Of a stretch of 64,000 nucleotides of DNA, positions 50,871-62,383 are shown piece by piece. Under the pieces are notes generated by a model. The model was not told where the DNA came from, made no database searches, and saw only the letters and a program-made list of their open reading frames with translations. This stretch comes from Eledone cirrhosa. Taxonomy: Eukaryota. The stretch is taken from the NCBI GenBank assembly GCA_964016885.1, contig OZ024741.1, forward strand, positions 330,088,001 through 330,152,000, read 5' to 3'. Numbering within the stretch: the first letter of the stretch is position 1; each line of letters starts with the position of its first letter. The translations under genes were made by a program, and so were the position numbers.

Positions 50871-53800
50871 CATCATCATCATCGTTTAACATTCATTTTT
50901 CCATGCTAGCATGGTTCTTATACATATGTGTGTGTGTGTACATATATATATATATATATATGTATGTGTGTATCTATGTATGTGTATATATATATATATG
51001 TATGTATGTAAAAAGTAAACAGAAATAACAAAACAAACGATACAATATAATCATCATCATCAACGTTTAACGTCCGTGTTCCACGCTTGCATGGGTTTGG
51101 ACGGGGGTATTCCCACTTGAGGCAAGAGTGATTGTCTTGCTCGCATAGGACTGTCTGGCAGGTTTTCTACAGTTGGATGCCCTTCCTAACACCAACCACA
51201 TTTACAGTGTGGGTCTGGGAGGTTTTTACCGTGTTGCCTACATGGCCACATTACAGCGTGGACTGTGTGTTTTTTTGTCGTGACACCTACACAATCTCAT
51301 TTGTTTCGGCCTGGATGGTGTGGCACCAACATAACTTTACATAGAAGGGGGCGGTGTGGATGGGGTGGGGGTGGTGGGACGGGGGTGTATTTTGTTAGAG
51401 ATGCCTACTGACTGTAGTAGGTTTTACTTTGTATTTAGGTAAGGCGGGTCTTCTCTATTACTGAGTACCGCCAAAGGTCTCAGTCCAGTGACATTGTCTT
51501 GGTGAGGTGTAAGTGTGTGAGGTCGGAGTTTATCAGCTCGTCCCAGGTTTTTCTGGGTCTGCCTATTCCGTGGCTACCGTCTATCTTTATTGCCCTGCAC
51601 TTTGTTATACAGCTATCGTCCTTCATGCGCATCACGTGACCATACCAACGTAGCCTTCTCTCTAGTAAACAACATCTGATCCCTCTTATTTCTAATTTTT
51701 TCCTTAGTTCGTTTATGCTTTGTCGTTCACGTATATTACTATTACACATCCAGCGGAGCATGCAAGCTTCGTTTCTCTCTAGTCTGCGTATATCCTCTGC
51801 ACACAATGCCCAGGTCTCACTGCCATGCAACATTGCTGTTCGTATGCAGGCATCGTACAGCCTGCCTTTCATTTTTAGGGAGAACCCTTTAGCGGCTAAT
51901 AGTGGTATAAGCTCTCTGAACTTTTTCCACCCAGTTCTGACTCTAGCTACTGTACTTTCAGAGCACCCCCCCCACTGCTGATTTTGTCACCCAGGTAACG
52001 GAAGCTGTCCACTATTTCTATAGAACCCTCTGCGCAGTTGAAAGAGCTAGTATTTTGTGGGCACTTGCTGCTACTTATTTCCCCAGAACACCGGCCACAT
52101 GTAAAATCTATGTTCTTAGTTAGCTTACCTGTGATCCCACTACATCTTTTATGCACCCAAACTTTGCATTTGGGACACAAAATGGAATTTCTACCTACGC
52201 CTTTCCTACACTCTGCGCATGGCCACTTCCCGGAGGGGACCGCCGCCTTATTTTCTTTCTTACAAACTAGAACTTTAGTCTTAGCTAGGTTAATTTTAAG
52301 GCCTTTTGACTCTAGGCCGTGCTTCCATGTTTGGAATTTCTTCTCTAGCTCGGCCATTGATTCAGCTATGAGCGTTAGATCATCTGCGTATAGGAGTTCC
52401 CATGGGCAGCCGGTCTTGAACTCCACTGTTATAGCCTGGAGGGCAATAATAAATAGTAGGGGGCTAAGAACAGAGCCCTGATGAACACCAACTTTTACAC
52501 TAAACTCTTCACTATATTCGTTGTTAATTCTAACCTTGCTGACTGTTTCTTTATACATGGCTTGTATAGCTCTCACAAGCCATTCATCAACACCTAGTTT
52601 TCTAAGAGCCCACCAGATAATGGAACGGGGGACTCTGTCGAAGGCCTTCTCCAAGTCGACGAAAGCTAAGTATAGGGGTTTACTTTTAGCTAGGTACTTC
52701 TCCTGTAGTTGTCGTACAATGAAAAGAGCGTCTGTGGTACTTTTTCCTGACACAAACCCGAACTGCATTTCATCTAGATCAATTCGCTCTCTGATTAGTT
52801 GCGCTATAACTTTTTCCGTGACCTTCATGACCTGGTCGATTAATTTAATGCCTCTATAGTTACTCCTATCTAGGGCATCTCCTTTACCCTTATAACAGTT
52901 AACGATAATGCTGCTGCGCCAGTCCTTCGGAACAACCCCATTCTGTATGACTTGGTTGACTATCCGGGTGACCATGGTGTGTCCCACCGTACCAGATGCC
53001 TTCAGCATCTCGGCAACTATTTCCGAAGGCCCAGCCGCCTTGCCTGTCTTCATATCTTTTATTGCCTTACTTATTATACTACCCTCGACTAACACTGCTG
53101 GTCCCAATATTGGGTCGATGTGGGGGAGACTGTCTTTCTCCCATTTATTCTCCTCATTTAGTAGCCTTTCATAGTGACACTTCCAAGCTACCTTCTTATC
53201 GGCGTCGGTGATGGCAAGTATGCCGTCATCGTTAAGTACACACTTCTCCCCGACAATATCACTGTTTTCCTTGACACATTGCCTAGCAATCCTGAACACC
53301 TCACGTTTTTGGTCCTCGCGTTGTAGAACATGCTTGAACTTTCTTTCCTCTGCTTCCCTTCTTGCGAAGTACACTTGTCTCCTAGCTTCCCTCCTGGCCA
53401 CTTGATAGTCTTCTCTGCTTCCCCCATCCCGCCATACTTTCCAAGCCTGCTTTTTGGCCTTAATTGACCCCTCCACCTTACTGTTCCACCACCATGTTAC
53501 TCTCCTCCTGCCTACAGGCCTGCTCCAGCCACAGACTTCGTCTGCCGCCGTCAGCAGGTTTGCTTTCAGGAATTCCCACTGTTCCTCTACCTTGTACGTC
53601 TCTAATTGCTCTTCCTCACTGTCGAAAGCATCAAGTAATATGCTTTGGAATTTATTTTTGGCTGTGGGGTCCTTTAGCTTCCATATTTTTCTCCTGATGA
53701 TAGTCCTCTTCTGTTGTCTAGTACGTCTCGTCCTGACTATTAGGTCGCTAATTATCAGTCTATGTTGGGAAGTGCATTCTTCATGGGGGAGGGATTTAGT

Positions 53801-56800
53801 GTTTACGACAGTCACTTTGTCACGTCTTCTGGTAAGGATATAATCTACCTGGCTAGTATGTTCCCCTGATCTGTAGGTGATCAAGTGATTGTCTCGTTTT
53901 TTGAAGTTAATGTTGCAGATAGTTAGGTTATTCGCGTCGCAGAATTCCAGGATTCTGGAGCCTTCCTCATTTCTAGTACCAAACCCATAGCCTCCATGGA
54001 TTTCGTCGTAGCCGTCACAATGTTGTCCAACGTGACCGTTTAGGTCGCCTGCAATAATTATATAGTCACTGTCGGTTATTTGGGAGGTAGTGAGCATCAG
54101 TGTCTCATAGAATCTGTCTTTTATAGTGCTGGGCAGTCCGGATTGGGGTGCGTACGCGGATATTACTGTCACCGTAGTTCTATTGAGGACAAGTCTTATT
54201 TTAATTATTCTGTCGTTCACTCTATTTACGTCTATTATCTTATCTGCCCACTTTTCTGCTACCATGATTCCTACTCCACCCAGCCCATTGTCGTTTCCCA
54301 CCCAGAAAAGCTTATAGCATCGTTTTCTACCCACAATGTATCTAGCAGATCCACCCCTCCACCTGGTCTCTTGGATACAACAAACATCGACCTCCTTACG
54401 TTCAAGCATTTCTACAACCTCGTTAGAGCGACCCTTTAAGGTGCCTACATTCAAGGTACCAAATCTGAAGTTTTGGATTGCGTTTGGGGGTTGGAAAGGT
54501 GGGGAGTGGGGGGAGATGGGGTTATGTTAGCCATCCGCGGCCGAAACAAAGAGGCATGCTCGCATTTTCGTCCTCGAGGTGTGATTGTCTTTAACTTTGG
54601 CATTGTAGCTGAGCGTCCAGATTTTTCTCTCTTCAACTCTCCGGAACTCCGTAGTCCTTCCATCCTACATATCGAAGGCGACCAGGTAAGCGATAGTATA
54701 GGCCTCTGGCTTATGATTGGTCCACGTAATAATAATGGTGGTGTGTGGGGGCGGGAGGGAGGGGTGTTGAGTTGTTAGCGAGAAGATAGGTTTAAGTGAG
54801 AACCCCGTATTAACGAACAAAAATACAAGATTTGTTTAGTAAATATACGTCAAAAACTCCGTATTTTTACAAGCATGACAGAAATACAAGAGATTTGTTT
54901 GGAAAATACATGGGAATGGAAAGAGGATAGAAAAAAAATGCTGTTGGAAGGACTGACTACGGAGTTAGGCGTATGTTAGAAGAGGTGGAAAAATGAGTAC
55001 ATTACATTATAACCATGAATGGATGAAGTTACAGCCACAAGTTTGGCGAAAGTGACTTACTTTGTCTTATATATGTATCTGGGTTGGGTAGAGAGAGAGA
55101 GAGGGGTGGGTGGTGGTGATTTGACCGCATGTTGTAGAGTGTGGTGGATGGGAAGGAGATATTAAGGAGCGGGAATAAGAGTTTGAAATAGTAACATATA
55201 TTTGAAATATTGTTAAGAGTTTGAAGTAACAAATATATTTAAAATATTTGTTATGAGAAGATAGGTTTAAGTGAGAACCCCGTATTAACGAACAAAAATA
55301 CAAGATTTGTTTAGTAAATATACGTCAAAAACTCCGTATTTTTACAAGCATGACAGAAATACAAGAGATTTGTTTTGGAAAATACATGGGGAATGGAATT
55401 ACGCTTGATATAGAAGGAAAAAAGTGTTGATATTGTTATATTTGGGGATGGTCATGATGCCAGTATTGCCAATAAAAAAACACATGCACCATATGGTTTT
55501 CACTTTTGTACTTTATTTCTATTATGGATCGAACCTTGAGCTGATCAATTGCAAAACGCACATCACACCTGAATAAAGTTAATGATGATACTTTGACGAG
55601 ATGTCAAAGAATCATCATGATACTTCACCATGCTTTGCAGCATAGAGTTACGGCCCTTTACGTTCTGGGTTCAAATCCCATTGAGGTTAACTTTGCTTTC
55701 ATCCTTACAGAGGGCAACTTTCTGGGTGTAAATCCCACGGTGATTCATGACCAAAAGGCCCCCCCACCCCACCCCACCCCACCACCACTATATATGCCAG
55801 TATTCTCTTTCTATCAGATACAGATACTAACCTGGATTTAAAGAATAAAGATTTTTGATAATGCTTGCCATCACAGGAGGGGATATAGTGAAAGGAACAG
55901 AGAGAGCTTTCTCCAACAAATCTGTAAAGAAATGAAAAGAAATTTCTTTCTAAATAAAAGCCACAAAGAATGAGAATGGTGAAAACTTTAATAAATGTTA
56001 TTCCAAATTGCCATTTTTTTTCCTAACAAGATTTTATTCAAGATATTTCAATTGAATTATATAACTTTTGCAATAAAAACAAAAATAAAAAAAGAATGAG
56101 AAACAAAATGAAATAGCAAAAAGGAAAGTGGAGAGGACTCAGCCCAGATGGTATGGTATATCTCAGTTGTGTGTGGGAGGGACGGAGAGTGGCAGACGCT
56201 ACATCTCAGTCTAAATGGTATGGTATATCTCAATTGTTGCACCACATGGACAAAATGGCGAAGGCATTGCTGAGGAGAAGAGCCAGAAACACCTGCTGCA
56301 TCAGCTGCTTCCACTTCATGGAGCTTTTTCCTCAAGCGGGATATACTCTTCCCAATTTTGTGGAGGAAAACAGATACAACCTTATGGGAAGCCAGCTAAA
56401 CCTACATAGGTGTGAGCTGTAACATGTTAGGACTGGGGACCCTATCATTAAAACACCCAAGAAACCTCCTCTGCGATACCAGCTAAACCTAGATAGACGT
56501 CAGCTGTAAATTCCATTTCATTTTTTTTCCATTTTGGTATAGAAAACAAGAGGTGATGATGATGATGCTACTTAGTAATTTATTAACATCTAGCTCTATA
56601 ATGATGATGAGGGGGAGGAGGAGGCTACTCAGTAAGTTATTCACCTGCTGCTCTACAACTATGGTGGTGGTGATGATGATGATGCAGAGGTAGAGGCTAC
56701 TTACTCAGTAAGTTATGCTGCTCTACAACTATAGTGATGATGAGGAGGGGAGGAAGAAGTTACTTACTCAGTAAGTTATTCACATGCTGCTCTACAACTA

Positions 56801-59283
56801 TCTCACTAAACAGATTTCTCAGTTCTTTATTTAAATCTGTCTTTAACTTCGTTTCAACATAAAATCGATTCTGAAAGAGAAGGAAAAACAGATAAAGTTC
56901 AATAGACCAATATTTTACATAATACACTGAGATGAGTTGTAATATAAAGTATTTGATAATAGTGGCAGTGCTGGTAGTAGTAGTGATTGTGATGGTGGTG
57001 GTAATGGTAATTGCAGTGAAGGTGATGATATTGGTAGTGGTGGTGATGGTGGTGGAGGTGATAAGAGTAGTGATGTTAGTGAGGGTAGTAGTGATAGTGG
57101 TGACGGTACTGGAGGTGGTGGTGGTGATTATGAAAGCTACTGTTGTTATTACAAACCAGCTCTAATCAGTTTTACTAAAACAAAACTATGGTCCAAAAAA
57201 GTTAAAAGGTTTAAAGTCTGTCCCAAACCCTGATGCTCATCAAGTCAAAGTTTATCTTGGTTTCATTGGTGTTAAGTGTTTGAGAGTACAATACTATCCC
57301 CTGGACAGGAAGCCAGTCCTTTGCAGGGTTAACTCCCTGCTGTTAGTACTCATTTTCAGCTGAGTTGACTGGAGCAATGTGAAATAAAGTGTTTTGCTTA
57401 AGAAAAACAATGTGCCACCAGGCCCAGAAATCAAACCCATTACAGAAATTAATTAATCATTTGTGAAATGCAGTCCAACCCATAAGGTGGCCATGCTGGT
57501 GACATAACAAAAGCTTTGAGGTCACCATCTAAGGGGCTCATGTTGGTGCCATGAAAAAAGAGCACCTGGTCCTCATGGCAAAAGCGCCCAGTCCACCATG
57601 TAAAATGGTTGTTTGATACCATGACAAAAGCGCCAGTTCACACTGTAAAGGGGTCATTTTGGTGCTACAATAAAAAAATTCCCAGTCCACTGTTGAAAAA
57701 TAAACCTCAATTGGTTATTCCACGAGGGTATCTTGATCAGGCAATGAACATTTCAACCAAACCTAGTAATATGTTACTTAACATATAAATAAATAATAAG
57801 TAAACAACTTAAGAAACTATATTACTTACCATGTAGTTGAATATTGGCACTATTCCATTGAGAGCTTGTAAATACTGGTTCATTAATACAGAAAACCGTT
57901 CAACAAACACCGTTGAATCACTCCGCTGAATATAAATAGGAAAATTTAAATGCATAAATACATTGAAATATAGAAATAATTATACACATTATTATTAATG
58001 CTGATGTGAAGGCATGCAGCTCACAATCATAAGGTCATGAGTTTGATTCCCGGTGGCATGTTGTGTCCTGAAGCAAGACACTTTACTTAAAACCATTGAA
58101 TCACTCCGCTGAATATAAATAGGAAAACTTAAATGCATAAATACATCATCATCATCACCATTTAAAGTCCATTTTTCCATGCTAGCGTGGGTTAGACGAG
58201 TTGACCCATTGAGAGACAAGTCAGACCAAGTGACCGCATCTTGCTCATACAGAACCGTTTCTGGCTTAGTTTCTATGACTAGATGCTCTTCCTAATGCTA
58301 ACCACATATACAGTGTGGACTGAGTACACAAAAAAATAGAAATAATTATACACATTTTTATTAATGCTGATGTAAAGGCATGTTTCTTAGTGGTTAGGGT
58401 TTCCAGCTCACAATTATAAAGTTGTGAGTTTGATTTCCAGTGGCACATTGTGTACTTGAGCAAGAGACTTTATTTAACTTTGCTCCAATCTATTCAGCTG
58501 GCAAAACTGAGGTGTACATGTAATTCAGGGGGCTAGTATTTTCACAGACTGTGTCACACTGAATCTCCCTGGTAACTACGTTAACAGTGCACATGTCTAT
58601 AGAATGCTCAGCCACTGGAACATTCAACGTTGAAACTGACTAAGGTCCAGCACTCACAAACACACACATACCATATGTATGTGTATGCATTTATGTGTAT
58701 CAAAAAAATCATCATCATTTAATGTCATTTTTCCCCTGTGAATAGTATGTGTATACATGCATGCATGTATATGTGTAAATGTTCATGTGTGTATATGTAT
58801 GTATGTGAATTCGTGTATGTGTGAATGTTCATGTGTGTATATGTATGTATGAAAGTGTGTATATGTGTGTGCGAATGTTCATGTATGCATGTACGTGTGG
58901 ATGCATGTGCATGTGCGTATGTATATCTATGTGTGTGTGTGTGAGAGAGAGAGAAAGGTGTTCAGACTGAGCTACTTACACACTCCTTCAGGTGAGAATC
59001 TACCTGTCGCAGATGTCGACGGATGTGATTAATCAGGTCTGTGTAGAGACGTTCGGAGAACTGTTTACACACACATTTGTAGACACAACTGAAAAGACAG
59101 GACTTTTAGGAATTTAAAACAATGGTATATGGTTCATAGAATACTAAGGGACCGGCTTTCATAGTGTTTGGCATGGCTTCAAACACATACAACACATATA
59201 CTATATACATACATACACTCACGTATGCGCACATACATACACACATCTATATATATATGTATATATATATGTATATATATATG

Positions 59284-59331
<48 letters not shown>

Positions 59332-59348
59332 CCCGTACACACATACAC

Positions 59349-59379
<31 letters not shown>

Positions 59380-59564
59380 ATCATCAGTCGACTGCTAGAG
59401 ATACATTGTTTCAGTGCTTTAGCGCCAAAACAACATATCTCTAGTGGTCAACTGATCAGATGGGACAACACTACTGTCTGTATTCGTTCATTTTCCTGTC
59501 TTTGTCCATATTTTATATATATATCTATATTTATATCTATATATATCTATATATATATATAATG

Positions 59565-59604
<40 letters not shown>

Positions 59605-61326
59605 ATATATACACACATACAGACACTATACACAAACACTAAATACATATACAGACACAGTATACATATGCACAAACTATATACACAGGGAAAAACGATG
59701 TTAAATGATGATGATGTCACACAGTCACTATACACACATACACTATATACATATGCACATAAATATAGTTGATACAGCTCACACCTATATAGGTTCAGCT
59801 GGCCTACTGCAAAGTTTCTCAGGTGTTTTAATGATACGGGCCCCAGTCCTAACATGAGAAGACACAACCACCCCCACATGGACCAGACACCCATATTGTA
59901 CCAGCTTTCCCAAAACAATCATATCATTTAAAATTTTTTTTAATATTCATATTTAATTTTAAAAACACATTAACCCCTACACACACACACACAACTAAAT
60001 CAACAAACTAAACAACTTCGCTTCATATCACAAATGTCATGGCTGGTTGTAATTTTTAAAAAGATAATTCCCCATTGTCGATATACAAATGTAAAATAAG
60101 GCTGTGTTGCTGAAGATATCTAATAAGATGGAAACATGTCTTACTTTCACTAAGTTGTTGTATAGACAAGTTCCACTCCTACTGCATTGTCTTAAACAGG
60201 CATCATACATCCTGTCTTTCGTTTGTAGAGAGAAGCCTTTTGTTGTCAACAGAGGGAGTAGCTCACTGAACTTTTTCCATCCTCTTTCTACTCTAGCTAT
60301 TATGCTCTTGGTGTAGCCTCCTTCCCTACTAATTAGATAACTTAGTAGCAGAAGCTATCACCCATGTCTATGGATCCTTCCTGGAATTGAAAAAGTTTGT
60401 TCAACTGATACTCTTTCTACCAACTATCCCTGTACATCTGCTACATAGGAGTTTGCCTTTTCTGTTAGTTTGCCTGATATCCCACTACATCGCCTGCATA
60501 CCCAAATTTACGTTGTGTACATTGTATAAAGTTTCTACCTACTCCTTTTCTACATATTGAGTAGGACCACTTCTCTGGTGAGATCAAGGTCCTGTTTTCT
60601 TTCCTACTTACTAAAACTTTAGTTTTTTCTTTCCAAATCTAATTTCTGTTTCCAAAACCAGAATCTTTTCTCTAGCTCTTCCACAGATTCAACTAGTAGA
60701 AATCATGTCATCAACATATAGAAGTTCCTATGGACAGCCCTATCTTAAACTCCTGCATTATGACCAGGAGAACTATAATAAACAGGAGTGGTCTAAGAAC
60801 TGAATGTTGATGAACTCCTACTTGCACCTTGAATTGCTCACTAAACACATTATTAACTGCTCCTCTGTACATTACTTGCACTGCTCTCTAACAGATCATG
60901 TTACTCTGTCAAATGCATTCTACAGACCCATGAAAACTAGATATAGTGAGTTACACTTAGCTAGGAATTTCTCTTGTGGTAGTCTTACTAAGAGGGCATT
61001 TGCGGTGTTCTTCCTAAGCAGAAATCTAAACTGCAGCTTAACTAATTTGACACTTTTGCTAATTAGCTGTGTTAAAACTTGATCCATCAATTTTATAGCC
61101 CCATAGTTACCCCTTTCTGATGCATCATCTTTTCACCTGTAACAATCAATGAATATACTGCTGGATCAGTCATTGGGTATGACTCCGTCATGTGTTACCT
61201 CATAGATTAATTCAACTTTTACTTCCCCAAATTTCAGCATCTTTACCATTTTTCATCTGAAATTTGTATACTTGGTTATAGTAAGGGCATGCTCTACTGT
61301 CTATATGTCTAGTGTGTGTATATATG

Positions 61327-61361
<35 letters not shown>

Positions 61362-61768
61362 GAACATGATATATATACAATATATGATGATGATGATGAT
61401 AGTAGTAAGGTGTGGGAATGAGGTATCAAAATAGAATCATTATGTTTATTTATTCATGTGTGATGTGCGTTTCACAATTGATCAGCACAAGGTATGATCA
61501 GTTACACACCAATAAACTAGAGAGAGAGAGTGTATGTGTGTGTGTGTATCTTTGATAAAAAAAACATGATACTGGAGAGATGAGAAAAGTTGTGCAGTAA
61601 AGTAAAATGAAGCTCTTGAAAGAGTGACAAAGATAGCTCACCTATACATTTGTTCATAAGAGATTGGTATATAAGTTCCTGGGGCAATGGTAAGTAGTTG
61701 ATTGATAGCATCCATCAACTGCGGTAAATACTGAGTCTCGTATTCTTCATCTGTTATTGTCATCATCA
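47768..61768 (-). CDS. CACUL1: CDK2-associated cullin domain-containing protein 1 (spliced; 8 exons in window, 5' exon not identified)
   Basis: Exons 61768-61642, 59088-58980, 57925-57830, 56870-56768, 55921-55832, 50818-50677, 48217-48174, 47790-47768, all phase-compatible. Translation includes [58 protein letters not shown] and DSSRKR, matching the CACUL1 cullin-like N-terminal repeat as I recall it. Confidence 0.92.
48174..48217 (-). CDS. CACUL1: CACUL1 exon
   Basis: tttcag|(C)[14 protein letters not shown]+a|gtaagc; resembles the vertebrate GDQSRKR segment. Confidence 0.8.
48545..49812 (+). mobile_element. Internal fragment of a Rex3/Expander-like RTE LINE (APE to start of RT)
   Basis: [73 protein letters not shown]; many stops and frameshifts. 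Confidence 0.88.
50286..50515. mobile_element. Tc1/mariner-type MITE
   Basis: TA-flanked TIRs CAGTGTCCATAAATCATCTTTACAAT / ATTGTAAAGATAATTTATGAACACCCTG. Confidence 0.75.
50677..50818 (-). CDS. CACUL1: CACUL1 exon
   Basis: ttctag|(D)[46 protein letters not shown]+tg|gtctca; weak donor chosen for phase. Confidence 0.88.
51050..55398 (-). mobile_element. RTE-clade LINE copy C, near full length (APE-RT-PHD-C-terminal domain)
   Basis: ORF 54454-51947 (835 aa: [40 protein letters not shown]) continues after a frameshift at a G8 run into 51872-51480. It has an upstream 5' region, about 400-bp 3'UTR and (GAT)n tail, and is sense within a CACUL1 intron. Confidence 0.96.
55832..55921 (-). CDS. CACUL1: CACUL1 exon
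   Basis: ttacag|(N)[29 protein letters not shown]+g|gttagt. Confidence 0.93.
56768..56870 (-). CDS. CACUL1: CACUL1 exon
   Basis: tttcag|[34 protein letters not shown]+a|gtaagt. Confidence 0.93.
57830..57925 (-). CDS. CACUL1: CACUL1 exon
   Basis: attcag|[32 protein letters not shown]|gtaagt. Confidence 0.93.
58980..59088 (-). CDS. CACUL1: CACUL1 exon
   Basis: tttcag|(S)[36 protein letters not shown]|gtaagt. Confidence 0.94.
59190..59760. repeat. (TA)n/(CA)n microsatellite block
   Basis: Low-complexity dinucleotide runs. Confidence 0.9.
60150..61255 (-). mobile_element. RTE-clade LINE copy D, heavily decayed
   Basis: Minus strand gives [27 protein letters not shown] and degenerate RT and PHD segments colinear with copies A-C. 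Confidence 0.85.
61642..61768 (-). CDS. CACUL1: CACUL1 exon (first in window)
   Basis: ttgtag|[42 protein letters not shown]+ag|gtgagc. Confidence 0.92.
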
Positions 61769-61985
61769 CTACAATAGCAAAAACAAAACTAATTATGTTT
61801 ATACACATACACACACATATATATCATATACACACATATATACATACACACTCACACATATTATACATACACACATTATACACACATGCACACACATATT
61901 ATACACAGATACATCGTCATCGTTTTAGGTCCGCTTTTCCATGCTTGCATGAGTTGGACATATATGTTATACACACACACACATA

Positions 61986-62061
61986 CAGAGTGTGGCAAAA
62001 ATACCTCCCACATTTTAAGGGTTGATCATGTAAAATATGGGAGGTTTTTCTGCGCACCCTA
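61986..62061. mobile_element. Mini Tc1/mariner-type foldback MITE
   Basis: Arms CAGAGTGTGGCAAAAATACCTCCCACATTTTA / TAAAATATGGGAGGTTTTTCTGCGCACCCT, flanked by TA. Confidence 0.6.
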
Positions 62062-62075
62062 TATATATGTGTGTG

Positions 62076-62383
62076 TGTGTTGTTTCCTTGAGAAAGACAC
62101 TTTATTTCACATTGCTCCAGTTTACTCAGCTGTAAAAATGAGATGATAGGACTGGGTTCCCTATCATTCCACTGAAAAGTGGTCGTGGAGGTGCCACGGC
62201 AAAAAAGCATCCAGCCCACACTGTAAAGTGGACGTGTAGGCGCCACGGAAAAAAAGCACCCAGCACTCACTGTAAATGAGGTTGGTGTTAGGAAGGGCAT
62301 CCAGCTGTAGAAATCAAACCAGAATCAGTTCCCGTCCCACCCTTGCAAGCAGGGAAAAGCGGACGTAAAATGATGATGATGAT
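62076..62383 (+). mobile_element. Chimeric SINE: CORE-like segment + RTE-A 3'UTR module + RTE-B terminus
   Basis: 62076-62142 matches the second SINE family of this window; 62179-62332 is nearly identical to the reverse complement of 15969-16119; 62331-62383 is nearly identical to 41258-41315. Confidence 0.8.

Noticed and set aside
59164-59918. YI-rich ORFs
   Set aside because: These are translations of (TA)n/(CA)n microsatellites.
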